Source: a bacterium (GTDB taxonomy: Bacteria > Desulfobacterota > Deferrisomatia > Deferrisomatales > BM512). From it: a stretch of DNA of 64,000 nucleotides. The notes under the pieces are model-generated. The model saw only the letters and a list, made by a program, of their open reading frames with translations, was not told where the DNA came from and did not search any database. Of the stretch, positions 50,964-60,594 are shown piece after piece. Location: NCBI GenBank assembly GCA_004322275.1, contig SCTA01000040.1, forward strand, positions 6,138 through 70,137, in the 5' to 3' direction. Positions within the stretch are counted from its first letter, which is position 1. Each line of letters opens with the position of its first letter. The position numbers and the translations under genes are program-made.

Positions 50964-52033
50964 ATCTCGCAAGTCATGCCCCTGGGAAGTTCGATGGTTA
51001 CGACCGTGCCCTTGCCCAGCTCGCTGCGGATGTAGACCTCCCCCTGGTGGTGGCCCACGATGCGGTGAACCATGGTAAGGCCCATCCCCGCACCGGACAT
51101 CTTGGAGGTGAAGAAGGGGTCGAAGACGTGGTCTAGGTCGTTGGGGGCTATGCCGCGCCCGTTGTCGGAGACGTTGATCAGTATTTTGTCTTTCCGGGAG
51201 GGGTCTATCTCAATTTTGATCTCTCCGCCGTGGTCCATCGCCTCTACGGAGTTCTCTATGAGGGCTTCCAGGGCCAGCTTGAGGTTCTTGCCGTCGCCGA
51301 AAATGACCGTCTCCCCTTTTCCGGCTTCGACCGTAGCCTTCACCTTCGCCTTTTCAAGCTGTTCTTTTTTCCCCTCTATCGCCCATTTCGCCACGTCCAC
51401 GAGATTTATCGGGGTTCTTGGCTCCGCGATCAGGGTCTTGAAGGAGACGATGGCGTTGACCATGTTCTCCAGCCTCTCGACCTCCTGAATGATGTGGGTG
51501 GTGTACTCGCGCAGGGGATCGGTGGGCGGAAGCGCCATGTGGATTCGCCGCGCGAAGCCGCCGATGGCCACCATCGGGTTTCTGACCTCGTGGGCGACTC
51601 CCTCCGCCATCAGCCCGAGGGCGCCCATCTTTTCCCTCACGACGCGCTTGGCCTCGCCCTGCCTGCGCTTTATGAGCATCCTCACTCTCGCCGCAAGCTC
51701 CCGGGGGTTGAAGGGCTTGGTCATGTAGTCGTCCGCGCCGATGCCGAGCCCTTTTTCCTTGTCGGGAACGTCGGCCTTGGAGGTAAGGAGAATTACGGGA
51801 ATGGAGTTTGTAGCGGGATTGGATTTTATGCGCCTGCAGACCTCGAAGCCGTCCATTCTCGGCATGACGACGTCGAGGACGACGAGATCGGGGTTGAACG
51901 ATTCTACCTTCTCCAGAGCCTCTACGCCGTCGTGGGCCACCTCGACTTCGTAACCGACGGATTTGAGGTGCTCCGCAAGGAGATCGGCGTTATCGACATT
52001 GTCGTCCACCACCAGAACTTTTTCAGGATTCAT
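50960..52033 (-). CDS. Hybrid response regulator / histidine kinase (REC-HisKA-HATPase_c)
   Basis: N-terminal receiver (VLVVDDN...VVLDVVMP), H-box GVAHEVRNPM, and N/G boxes (DNGRGI, GAGMGL). There is no TM or sensor domain. Confidence 0.88.
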   Translation of the reverse strand: MNPEKVLVVDDNVDNADLLAEHLKSVGYEVEVAHDGVEALEKVESFNPDLVVLDVVMPRMDGFEVCRRIKSNPATNSIPVILLTSKADVPDKEKGLGIGADDYMTKPFNPRELAARVRMLIKRRQGEAKRVVREKMGALGLMAEGVAHEVRNPMVAIGGFARRIHMALPPTDPLREYTTHIIQEVERLENMVNAIVSFKTLIAEPRTPINLVDVAKWAIEGKKEQLEKAKVKATVEAGKGETVIFGDGKNLKLALEALIENSVEAMDHGGEIKIEIDPSRKDKILINVSDNGRGIAPNDLDHVFDPFFTSKMSGAGMGLTMVHRIVGHHQGEVYIRSELGKGTVVTIELPRGMTCEI

Positions 52034-52191
52034 TTAAAACCTTCATCTGCAAAGTGCTGCAAAAGTAACGAAACCCGCCCTTTTTAACCCCCCCACCTTA
52101 TAGCAGCCTGAAAAATATTTCACTTACCTATAAAATTACACACCTGCGTCAGATTTCAAGTGTCCTTTTTGAAAAAATGGCGGTTGACGGC

Positions 52192-53382
52192 CTATATGAC
52201 GATTAATTCTCTCGGCGAGGAGGTAACGAGCTCCGCTCCGTCCGCCCGCACCACGTAGGTGTCCTCGATTCCCGCTACTCCCTTTCCCCGGAAGATGAAC
52301 TTGGGTTCGAGGGCGAAGACCATCCCCTCCTCCAACGCCATCGGAAATTTGTTGGCGAGGAAGGGGTATTCGTCCACCTCCAGGCCGATGCCGTGGCCGA
52401 CAAAGGAAACCTTGTCGCCCTCCCCCAGGAAATTGTCGAAGTAAGGCGTCTTTTCGGCCAGAGTGACGGCCAGTTTGAAAAGGTTCCCCGCTATCACGCC
52501 GGGTCTGGCGCTTTTAGCCACCTCCTCCTGAATGCGCCGCGAGGCCTCGAAGGCGGCCTCGAAGGGCTCGTTAATCTTTCCGAGAGAAAAGAGCCTCGTC
52601 TGGTCGCTCAGGTATCCTCCGCAATTGCCAACGAGATCTACCGAGACGGGTTCTCCGGCGCGAATCGCCCTCTGGCTCGAAGCCTGCCCCAAAAGCGGCG
52701 AAAGCCCCCTGCCGGAGGTGGGCATATCGTAGCCGCTGGCCTCGGCGGCCGACTCCCCGGCCATTACGTGGCCGTAAAAGAGCCACTGGTTGTACCCTCT
52801 CATCGGGGTGTAACCGGCGTGACCGGCCTTTCGCATCGCGTATTCGACCTCGGCTGCAAGCTCAAGCTCGGTCATTCCCTCCCTGAGGACCGAGGGAACC
52901 GTTCCCGCGCCGATGCGCACCATTTCGGCCGAATTTTTAATCGCCGAAAGCTCCGTTTCGCTCTTTACGGCGCGGGTGAGCATTATGGCGTGAGAAGAAT
53001 CCGCGAATTGTGTGTTGGGGAAGCTCTTTTGGAGGCGATCGAACTGTGTGACGGGCAAAAGCTCCATCTCGACGCCGAGGGGAGAGGGAATCTTTCCGAG
53101 GCGCGTCGTGATGAGCGCGGGAAGGTCGCGTACGCTGGGGAGCGGCTCCACCGGCCAGACGCTCTCGACCCCGGCGCGGTCGAAATCTTTCCGGCAAAAG
53201 ACCAGAGGCTCCCCGCCGGGCGTTATGAGGACGTAGCCCATCTGGGCGGTGCCGGTGAAGTAGTAGCGGTTGATGCGGTGGGTAAGGAGAACCCCTTCGA
53301 GCTTTTGCTCCCCGAGAATTCTCTGAAGCCTTTCTACCCTTTTTTCAAACTCCTCTTTCTTGAACCAGGGCAACCCGAGCAT
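52192..53382 (-). CDS. M24-family metallopeptidase (Xaa-Pro aminopeptidase/creatinase-like)
   Basis: Pita-bread fold motifs (VSVDLVGNCGGYLSDQTR, GHGIGLEVDE, ALEP). I prefer the ATG at 53382, preceded by GGAGGA. The alternative is the GTG at 53394. Confidence 0.85.
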   Translation of the reverse strand: MLGLPWFKKEEFEKRVERLQRILGEQKLEGVLLTHRINRYYFTGTAQMGYVLITPGGEPLVFCRKDFDRAGVESVWPVEPLPSVRDLPALITTRLGKIPSPLGVEMELLPVTQFDRLQKSFPNTQFADSSHAIMLTRAVKSETELSAIKNSAEMVRIGAGTVPSVLREGMTELELAAEVEYAMRKAGHAGYTPMRGYNQWLFYGHVMAGESAAEASGYDMPTSGRGLSPLLGQASSQRAIRAGEPVSVDLVGNCGGYLSDQTRLFSLGKINEPFEAAFEASRRIQEEVAKSARPGVIAGNLFKLAVTLAEKTPYFDNFLGEGDKVSFVGHGIGLEVDEYPFLANKFPMALEEGMVFALEPKFIFRGKGVAGIEDTYVVRADGAELVTSSPRELIVI

Positions 53383-53405
53383 TGTCTCCTCCACAGGTCT
53401 CGCAT

Positions 53406-53506
53406 CCGGCTTTTGGCCCGCTTTCGCCGCTCATCGGTCGCAAAATCCTCGACGTAGAACAACTACGCCTCCGGTTTTGCCCTGTCTTCGCGACGAAATC
53501 GCTCTC
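53406..53506 (+). repeat. Intergenic repeat, subfamily B-like copy (more divergent)
   Basis: It shares CCGGCTTTTG.CC.GC, TCCTCGACGTAG..AC..CTAC and TCTTCG.CG with 28320-28452. Confidence 0.45.
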
Positions 53507-53553
53507 AAAATCCGGCGCGATCCCGGAAAAGGCCTGTTTACAGAAAATATCCC

Positions 53554-54897
53554 TTAGTCTTCGCCCTCGTTTTCGCCGGAGCGCTTTCTCTTTCTGAAAT
53601 ACATGCGGAGCGGAACGCCCTCGAAACCGAAGGTATCACGGAATTTGTTCACGAGGTAGCGCTCGTAATGCTTCGGAATCCCTTCCGGGTAGCTCGAAAA
53701 GGCGGCGAAGGCCGGGGGCTTGGTGGAAACCTGGGTCGCGTAGTAGATGCGGGTCCGCTTCTTTCCCACCATCGGAGGGGGAAGCTCGCGCATAGCAGCT
53801 TCCATGAAATCGTTGAGCTTGCTGGTGGTTATGCGCCTTCCGAGGTCCTCGTGAACCTTGTCGACAAGCTCGAAGACCTTCTCCACGCGCATTCCCGTGA
53901 GGGCCGACATGGAGATTACCGGTATGTGCCTGTGAGGCCCGAGCATGTGGGCGATCTCTTTTCTGGTGTGGTCGAAGGTCATGTGATCCTTGTCCACGAT
54001 ATCCCACTTGTTCAGGCAGATTATTACGCCCCTGCCGCCGCGCACGATAAGATCGAGAATCTTGAGGTCCTGGTCGGAGACCCCTTCCACGGCGTCCACC
54101 ATCAGGAGGCAAACCTCGGCGCGGTCAATCGCCTTAAGCGCCTTGAGCACGCTCCAGCGCTCGACCCCGGTCTCGACCCTGCTCTTTCTTCGGATGCCCG
54201 CCGTGTCGATGAGGGTATAGGCTTTCCCCTTGACCTCCACCTGGGTGTCGATGGCGTCCCGGGTGGTGCCCGCTATCGGGCTTACGATGACCCTTTCGGC
54301 GCCGAGGATGGCGTTGACGAAGCTCGACTTGCCGGTGTTGGGCCTTCCGAGGACGGCGACCCGGACGCTCTCCTCCTCGCCCTCTTCGCCGGTAACCTCT
54401 TCGGCTTCCGGAAACCTGTCGGCAATCTCGCTCCTCAGGTCCGAGATGCCGAGGTTGTGCTCGGCGCTCACCGGAAGTATGGCCTGAAACCCCAGCGCGT
54501 AGAAATCCGTTACCATGTCCTCGTGCTTCGGGCCATCGACCTTGTTTACCACCAGAAGTACGTCGCTGGAGCGCTTGCGCAGGAATTCCGCGATCTCCCT
54601 GTCCAGGGGAAGGACGCCTTCGTGGGCGTCGGCGACGAACAGTATGAGGTCGGCCTCGCTTACCGCCTGCTCGACCTGGCTCGCCATCGAGCCGGTGAGG
54701 GCGTCTTCCGAGTAGGGTTCGAGCCCTCCGGTATCGACGAGGGTGACCCTCTTGCCGTCGATTTCGGCCGTGGCGTAGTTGCGGTCGCGGGTGACGCCGG
54801 GAACGTCCTCGACAATAGCCACCTTCCTGCGGACAAGCCTGTTGAAAAGCGTGGACTTGCCGACGTTCGGCCTTCCGACTATGGCTACGAGGCTCAT
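53554..54897 (-). CDS. der: Ribosome-associated GTPase with tandem G domains
   Basis: Two G domains (GRPNVGKST twice, DTGG/DTAG, NKVD/NKWD) and a KH-like C-terminus. Confidence 0.93.
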   Translation of the reverse strand: MSLVAIVGRPNVGKSTLFNRLVRRKVAIVEDVPGVTRDRNYATAEIDGKRVTLVDTGGLEPYSEDALTGSMASQVEQAVSEADLILFVADAHEGVLPLDREIAEFLRKRSSDVLLVVNKVDGPKHEDMVTDFYALGFQAILPVSAEHNLGISDLRSEIADRFPEAEEVTGEEGEEESVRVAVLGRPNTGKSSFVNAILGAERVIVSPIAGTTRDAIDTQVEVKGKAYTLIDTAGIRRKSRVETGVERWSVLKALKAIDRAEVCLLMVDAVEGVSDQDLKILDLIVRGGRGVIICLNKWDIVDKDHMTFDHTRKEIAHMLGPHRHIPVISMSALTGMRVEKVFELVDKVHEDLGRRITTSKLNDFMEAAMRELPPPMVGKKRTRIYYATQVSTKPPAFAAFSSYPEGIPKHYERYLVNKFRDTFGFEGVPLRMYFRKRKRSGENEGED

Positions 54898-55796
54898 GCG
54901 TCGGCCTCGCCGTAACCGAACCGCTTAAGCTGCACGGGGTCTTTCGTCCAGTTTTTCTCGACCCCGACGTGAAGGTCCAGAAAGACTCGAGTGCCGAGGA
55001 GTTTTTCGAGGTCCATGCGGGCCCTCTTGCCGATTTCCTTGATGAGAGTGCCGCCCTTCCCTATGATTATCGCCTTCTGGCTGTCTCGTTCTACGTGGAT
55101 GGTCGCGTGTATGACGTTGAGGTCCTGCTCCGGCTTTTCCTCCCACAGTTCGATGGTGACGGCGACGCTGTAGGGGAGTTCCTCGCCGGTGAGCTCAAAG
55201 ACCTTTTCCCTGATGAATTCCTGGGCGATGAAGCGCTCCGGCCTGTCGGTGAGGTAGTCCTCCGGGTAACAGGCTGGATTTTCCGGCATGGCCGCGGACA
55301 TGGCGTCGAGCAGTTCCCCTGTGCCCTTTCCGCTGAGGGCGCTTACCTCGAAGACCTCGGAGGAAGGAAGAAGCTGCGAAAACTCCCCGCCCGCCCCCTC
55401 CCTTACGTCGCTTTTGTTGACCACGACAAAGACTGGGACTTTGGCTTCGGAGATCTTCTCGGCCAGCATCCGGTCTTCATCCCTCACTCCGTCCTTCGCA
55501 TCGACCAGAAAAAGAACCAGATCGACCTCGGAGAGGGTCGAAAGCGCCCGGCGGGCCATGTACCTGTTGATCAGCTTCGCCCCCTCGTGGACTCCGGGGG
55601 TGTCGAAGATGACTATCTGGGAGCTTTTGTGGTTGATTATCCCCTTTATGCTGTTTCTTGTGGTCTGGGGCTTTCTGGACGTTATCACGATCTTTTCGCC
55701 CAGTATCTTGTTCAGCAGAGTCGATTTTCCGACGTTCGGACGCCCTATGAGAGCCACGAAGCCGCAGTGAGTAATACCGTTGCCGCTTTCCAACAT
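54894..55796 (-). CDS. era: GTPase Era
   Basis: GRPNVGKSTLLN, DTPG, NKSD and a C-terminal KH domain (VERDSQKAIIIGKGG). Its stop overlaps the der start (ATGA). Confidence 0.93.
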   Translation of the reverse strand: MLESGNGITHCGFVALIGRPNVGKSTLLNKILGEKIVITSRKPQTTRNSIKGIINHKSSQIVIFDTPGVHEGAKLINRYMARRALSTLSEVDLVLFLVDAKDGVRDEDRMLAEKISEAKVPVFVVVNKSDVREGAGGEFSQLLPSSEVFEVSALSGKGTGELLDAMSAAMPENPACYPEDYLTDRPERFIAQEFIREKVFELTGEELPYSVAVTIELWEEKPEQDLNVIHATIHVERDSQKAIIIGKGGTLIKEIGKRARMDLEKLLGTRVFLDLHVGVEKNWTKDPVQLKRFGYGEADA

Positions 55797-55806
55797 TGTC
55801 TCCGGT

Positions 55807-58614
55807 TTACTCGTTAACGGCCTTTAATCTGGCCGCCACTTCCCCGCCCTCTTTGGCGTGGTAGATCATGAAAGACCTGGTCGTGGTGATGTTCTTGTCA
55901 TCCGAAGCGGTTATGACGAGTATGTTCGACCCTTCCTCGAGTTTAACCTCTATCGAAGTGTCGAAATTTTTTGTAAGTCCGGCGTTTTTGTAGGCGATCT
56001 TCTTTTCGCCCAGATAGGCGTACAGTTCCTTAACCGCGGAATCGTCGCTGACCTTCAGATCCACCTTGATCTTTTTGGCGGTCGTCCGAAGCGGAGGAGT
56101 GGTTATCGCCATCAGAGGGGGAAATCTGTCCTCGCTCTTAAGGCACTTGTCCCCGACGGTGAAGACGAGTTCGTCGTTTATGGCCGAGCCGCTTTCGGTG
56201 TCGGAAACGGAGACTATTACCTTGAACTTCCCTTCGTCGTCGGCTTTTTTGAATTCAAAGGTCATGGGGGCTTCCCTCGAATCGCCGGGACTCAGGTTCT
56301 CAAGGGTTCTTCTCGCGGCTTTCATGTAGATCCGCTCGTTCTCGCCCTCGGCGCGAAGATTCACCTCTGTTTTGGCGGAAGCGCCCTCTCCCCGGTTGAA
56401 GACCTTCATCTTCAGTTCAATAAGGTCGCCCGGGTCTATGGAGCAATTGCCCGAGTACTTCTTTTCCGGGTTCGTGTCGGAGAACCCGTAGGAGTAAGCG
56501 TAACGGGGAGGCACGGAGCCTCTTGCGACTACCCCGCCGAGCCCTTCTCCGGCCCCTTCTTCCTTGTCCGAGAGAAGAGATATGGTGACCGGGTCCCATC
56601 TGGACGGAAGGGATTTGGGGGCCTTGACTTCGGTGGTCCAGCTTTTTTCCTCTCCGGGCATGATCTTGCCGAAGATGAAATCGAGGCCGTCCAGTATCGG
56701 GTTGTCGGACTTGGTCCTTCCCCAGATGCGGTGGGCCGGATTCTTGCCGCTGTTTTTCACGGAGATCTTTATCTTCGAGGAATCCCCTGCGGTAAGGCTG
56801 AAATCCCCGTCCATGGTTACGGTCAGAGAGCCCTTCTCGGGCCTTTGCCCCTCGCTCCAGTCCACACCGACGTTCTTCATGGCCTCGGCGAGTTTTTCCT
56901 GCTCTTTCTTGTTCGCTTTCTCTATCGCCGGAAAGGCCGCCTTCTTGAGGATTTCCCTGTCCGCGCCGCCCCGCTGTTCCGCCGGAACGTCTCCGATGAC
57001 CGACTTGGCCAGTGAAACCATGAAGTCTTCTTCGAGGCGGACTACCTTCTCCTCGGTGGAAAGCTCGGCGAAGCTCTTTTGCTGGTTGTGGGGGGTATCG
57101 CCCATAAGTTCGCCGTCGGGTTCTTCGTCCGGATCCTGCTGCTGGGCGCTCGCCTGATAATACTGAACCTCGGCTATGGGCTGGCTCTTTGAATCGGTGC
57201 TCCCCCACTCCGTGAAGGCGTTTTTAAGGTCAGCCTCCAGCATATGTTTTACCGGCTTTCCGACGCGAGCCTTCTTTTGGCCGACGTTCGCCCCGTAAAC
57301 GAAGATATCCGGCTGTATGCCGATGGACTGTATCGACACGTCGTTGGGGGTGAGATACTGGGCGATCGTGAGCTTCAGGGCGCCGTTGTCGGGAAGCGGA
57401 TAGAGCTTCTGGACGGAGCCTTTGCCGAAGGTTCTGTCGCCAATGAGGAGGGCGCGATGGTCGCGAAGCGCTCCCGAGACGATCTCGGAGGCGGAGGCGC
57501 TGCCCTGATTTATGAGGAGGATGAGAGGCTTGTCGGAGATTGGCTCGTCCTCCTGAGCCTCCACCTTTTCGCTGTCCTCGGTGCTTCTGCCGCGGGTGGC
57601 GACTATCGTGCCGTGGTTCATGAATCCGTCGGAAAGCTTTACCGCCTGGTCGAGGAGCCCGCCGGGATTGTTGCGCAGGTCCATGATGATTCCGGCGAGA
57701 TCGGGATTCTCCCGCTCGGCCTTTCCTACGGCGGAGCGCACCTCGTCTGTGGTGGCCTTCTGGAAGGTCTTGACCTTCATGTAGAGAACCGTCGGGGAAG
57801 CGTCTTTTTTGGGAAGCACGTAGCTCTCGACGCTCTCGACGTGTATCTCTTCTCTGGTAAAGGTGAATTCCTTCGGTTCCTTCCAGCCGTCGCGCTCCAG
57901 GGTCAGAGTGACCTGTGTTCCGGGTTCGCCCCTCATCTTCCATTTGGCGGTATCCAGAGGCATGTTTATCGTCGGCTCGCCGTCGATGAAGATTATGCGG
58001 TCGCCGGCTTTTAGCCCGGCCCTGTCGGCGGGGGTGTTGGGGATCGGGTTTATAATCGACATCTGTCCGTCGCGAAGGCCGAAGACGAAGCCTATCCCGC
58101 CGAAGCTCCCCTGCGTTCCGACCATGAAATCCTTGAACTGCTTGGGATTTATGACGTTGGAGTGGGGGTCCAGCTCCGAGACCGCGCCGTTGAAGGCGGT
58201 GTAGTAGACGTCGTCTTTCTTCTCGGAGCCCTGCAGTTCCCCTGCAACGAAATCGAGGACCTCGTTTAGCGACTGGGCCGCGCCTAGCATGGTGGTGGCC
58301 TGTGAGATGTCGATCTCCCTGACCTTCCCCGCGACGTTGACCCTGGCGGTTTTAGAGTCCCTGTCGATGATGACCGGGGGGAAACTGGTTTCCAGGGCCT
58401 TGAACGCCCCCTCTGTCATTTTCGCGGGGTCCGCGCGCTCCGGATCGACGTACCGCCCCTCTACGTAGGCGAATACCTGATGGGTTATCCTGGGGTACGG
58501 GTCGCCGACCGCATGAAAGACTCGTCCCATTCCTGACTGGGTAAAGGTCCACGCGGAAGTGGCCAGCAAAAGAGTGGCTACAACCGCCAGTAAAGCTAAA
58601 CTGCGACGTTTCAC
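55807..58614 (-). CDS. S41-family C-terminal processing peptidase with PDZ domain and long C-terminal extension
   Basis: PDZ (PADRAGLKAGDRIIFIDGE) and S41 catalytic region (LINQGSASASEIVSGAL, GDRTFGKGSVQ). I propose a GTG start at 58614, 7 nt downstream of a GGAGG Shine-Dalgarno. Confidence 0.88.
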   Translation of the reverse strand: MKRRSLALLAVVATLLLATSAWTFTQSGMGRVFHAVGDPYPRITHQVFAYVEGRYVDPERADPAKMTEGAFKALETSFPPVIIDRDSKTARVNVAGKVREIDISQATTMLGAAQSLNEVLDFVAGELQGSEKKDDVYYTAFNGAVSELDPHSNVINPKQFKDFMVGTQGSFGGIGFVFGLRDGQMSIINPIPNTPADRAGLKAGDRIIFIDGEPTINMPLDTAKWKMRGEPGTQVTLTLERDGWKEPKEFTFTREEIHVESVESYVLPKKDASPTVLYMKVKTFQKATTDEVRSAVGKAERENPDLAGIIMDLRNNPGGLLDQAVKLSDGFMNHGTIVATRGRSTEDSEKVEAQEDEPISDKPLILLINQGSASASEIVSGALRDHRALLIGDRTFGKGSVQKLYPLPDNGALKLTIAQYLTPNDVSIQSIGIQPDIFVYGANVGQKKARVGKPVKHMLEADLKNAFTEWGSTDSKSQPIAEVQYYQASAQQQDPDEEPDGELMGDTPHNQQKSFAELSTEEKVVRLEEDFMVSLAKSVIGDVPAEQRGGADREILKKAAFPAIEKANKKEQEKLAEAMKNVGVDWSEGQRPEKGSLTVTMDGDFSLTAGDSSKIKISVKNSGKNPAHRIWGRTKSDNPILDGLDFIFGKIMPGEEKSWTTEVKAPKSLPSRWDPVTISLLSDKEEGAGEGLGGVVARGSVPPRYAYSYGFSDTNPEKKYSGNCSIDPGDLIELKMKVFNRGEGASAKTEVNLRAEGENERIYMKAARRTLENLSPGDSREAPMTFEFKKADDEGKFKVIVSVSDTESGSAINDELVFTVGDKCLKSEDRFPPLMAITTPPLRTTAKKIKVDLKVSDDSAVKELYAYLGEKKIAYKNAGLTKNFDTSIEVKLEEGSNILVITASDDKNITTTRSFMIYHAKEGGEVAARLKAVNE

Positions 58615-58716
58615 TAAAAACCTCCGTCTGGTTCTGTCGAATGCGCTGTGTACAGCTAAGAAGCTAACACACAAAAAGGCCGCCGGGGGAAGAAAACCTC
58701 TGACAATAAGGGAATT

Positions 58717-59025
58717 TTACGAGATTCCGTCGAGTATCTCCTGAAGTTCAGGCGATACCCATGTGAACTCTATTCCCATGCCTCCCCGCGAATGGCGGAT
58801 GAGGGCTTGCGGCACTCTCTTCGCCCACTTCACGACCCCGGCTCCAAGGGCGACTCCGCCGTTAATTTTTATGGTAAGTCTTACCTTGGTTCCGGGGGCA
58901 AAGGTCTTCGTGGAAACCAGAAACATGCCCGTCTTGCTTATATCGGCGGTAACCGCCCGAAAAGACCCCGGGTCGGCCTGTACCAACAGTCTCAGTTTCT
59001 TGCGTTTGTTGTCGCGCTTTTCCAA
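58717..59025 (-). CDS. PilZ-domain protein
   Basis: It has an RxxxR-like KRKKLR and D-x-S-x-x-G (DISKTG) c-di-GMP-binding motifs. Confidence 0.75.
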   Translation of the reverse strand: MEKRDNKRKKLRLLVQADPGSFRAVTADISKTGMFLVSTKTFAPGTKVRLTIKINGGVALGAGVVKWAKRVPQALIRHSRGGMGIEFTWVSPELQEILDGIS

Positions 59026-59201
59026 CGTAAGTCCCCGCTCATTGAAAAGCCATTAACCCTCTTGTTCAAGGCTCTTATGAAGGAAAAGTCTTTTTTGGTC
59101 AAGCTGCTACGACAATGTGCGAAAAAAAACGGGCGGAGTTTCCCGGAAGGTTAAGCGGCTCAAGCGAAACAGTGCGGTTTCATTCGGGCATGGAGGTATT
59201 T

Positions 59202-59522
59202 TCAGCTCTTTTCCAGCGAGTCCATGTATTCCGCCCACTCTATGGGAAGCATGTATTTTTTCCGGGCGTTGCACTCCGGGCAGCAGGGGACGACATTAGC
59301 TCTGGTCGTCTTGCCCCCGCGTATGAGAGGGACGAGGTGGTCCATCGTCAGGTCCCTTGGCGGGAACTCTTTTTTGCAGTAATGGCAAACCCCCGCCGCC
59401 CTGCGGTTCTTCCACCACTGGGAAGCGCGAAGCTCGCGGGCCTTGCGCTTTTCTCTGGCAATTTCTTCCTCGCCCGCGCAGGGGAGGAAGAAAAAATCGC
59501 CGCCTGTCTCTTTTTTATCCAT
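59202..59522 (-). CDS. Small HNH endonuclease-domain protein
   Basis: CHYCKKEF...DHLVPLIRGG...NVVPCCPECNARK (HNH with a CxxC zinc pair). Confidence 0.8.
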   Translation of the reverse strand: MDKKETGGDFFFLPCAGEEEIAREKRKARELRASQWWKNRRAAGVCHYCKKEFPPRDLTMDHLVPLIRGGKTTRANVVPCCPECNARKKYMLPIEWAEYMDSLEKS

Positions 59523-59530
59523 TTTTCCCG

Positions 59531-59566
59531 CAAACGAAAAAGGCGGCCCGCGACGGACCGCCTTTT
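59531..59566 (-). terminator. Rho-independent terminator after the tetraheme cytochrome gene
   Basis: On the minus strand, AGGCGGTCCGTCGCGGGCCGCCT forms a GGCGG/CCGCC-based hairpin followed by TTTTTCGTTTG. T-rich sequence also follows on the plus strand, so it may be bidirectional. Confidence 0.6.
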
Positions 59567-59596
59567 CCAGACAGAAAGGTTAGACCGTTCGGGCGA

Positions 59597-59941
59597 TTAT
59601 TCGCCGCCGTGGCAATCCTTGCAGCCCATTTCCTTGACGACGGTGGCGCTGTTCTTGTTGTGGCAGCCGTAGCACTTGCCGACTTCCTTCTTGTGGGCGG
59701 CGTCCTTCATCTTGCCGGAGTCGTTGTGGCAGCCTCCGCACTTGAAGTCGCCGGACTCGGCCTTGTGGTGGCAGACGTCGCACTTGACCTTGGCGTGCTT
59801 GGCGTGATCGTAGGTGATCGGGGTCTTTTCGCCGAAGTTGGAGACCTTGACCGGAGCCTTGGGAGCGTCGGCGGCTACGGCGGCGAGGCCGATTCCGACA
59901 AAGAAGAGCGCGGCGGTGGCGATAGCAACGAGCTTTTTCAT
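59597..59941 (-). CDS. Periplasmic tetraheme cytochrome c3-family protein
   Basis: It has a signal peptide and four CXXCH sites (CDVCH, CGGCH, CYGCH, CKDCH) in 114 aa. Confidence 0.87.
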   Translation of the reverse strand: MKKLVAIATAALFFVGIGLAAVAADAPKAPVKVSNFGEKTPITYDHAKHAKVKCDVCHHKAESGDFKCGGCHNDSGKMKDAAHKKEVGKCYGCHNKNSATVVKEMGCKDCHGGE

Positions 59942-60039
59942 TTTCCTGATTCCTCCATCAGTTGTTTTCTATCTTGTTTTTGCGGTGATGCCATTTTCAA
60001 AATGAGGCGCCTTTATATATCATGGAGATTTACCCCAAA

Positions 60040-60552
60040 TCAAGCGGATGCTGAACGTTTACTCTGAAGTTTTGAATCTTTTTTTTCAACGCCTTCAGAC
60101 ATGGCTTTTTTCTCGTTTTGAAGCGCTCCCGAGAGCTTCTCGTCCGAGAGGGCCAGTATACGGCAGGCCAGAGCGGCGGCGTTTATCGCCCCGCCCTTTC
60201 CTATCGCAACGGTCGCGACGGGGATTCCGGGGGGCATCTGGACGGTGGACAAAAGCGCGTCGAGCCCGCCGAGCGGCGAGGCGTCAACGGGAACGCCGAT
60301 GACGGGTTTTGTCGTCTCTGAGGCGACCACTCCGGCAAGGTGGGCCGCCATGCCCGCGGCGCAGATGAAAACCTCGACCCCGCCCGCTTCCGCCTCCGCG
60401 ACAAGCTTTCTCGTCCGTTCGGGGCTGCGGTGCGCGCTGCTGACCCGAAGGTCGAAGCCTACTCCCATCTTCCGGAGATACTCTTCCGCCCCCTGCATTA
60501 CCGGGTAATCGGAGTCGGAGCCCATCAGGATAAGCACTCTTATGTCAGCCAT
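60040..60552 (-). CDS. purE: N5-carboxyaminoimidazole ribonucleotide mutase
   Basis: ILMGSDSDYPVM and SSAHRSPERT motifs. Confidence 0.92.
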   Translation of the reverse strand: MADIRVLILMGSDSDYPVMQGAEEYLRKMGVGFDLRVSSAHRSPERTRKLVAEAEAGGVEVFICAAGMAAHLAGVVASETTKPVIGVPVDASPLGGLDALLSTVQMPPGIPVATVAIGKGGAINAAALACRILALSDEKLSGALQNEKKAMSEGVEKKDSKLQSKRSASA

Positions 60553-60594
60553 TTAACCGCCTTCACCAATATATCGGGAATAATTCCCTGAAAG

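Noticed and set aside
58717-59941. I considered whether the PilZ protein, small HNH endonuclease and tetraheme cytochrome form a defence or signalling island.
   Set aside because: Each gene has its own spacer, and the cytochrome gene has its own terminator. No partner genes (methylase, helicase, cyclase) are present. The HNH protein looks like a stand-alone conserved small protein.
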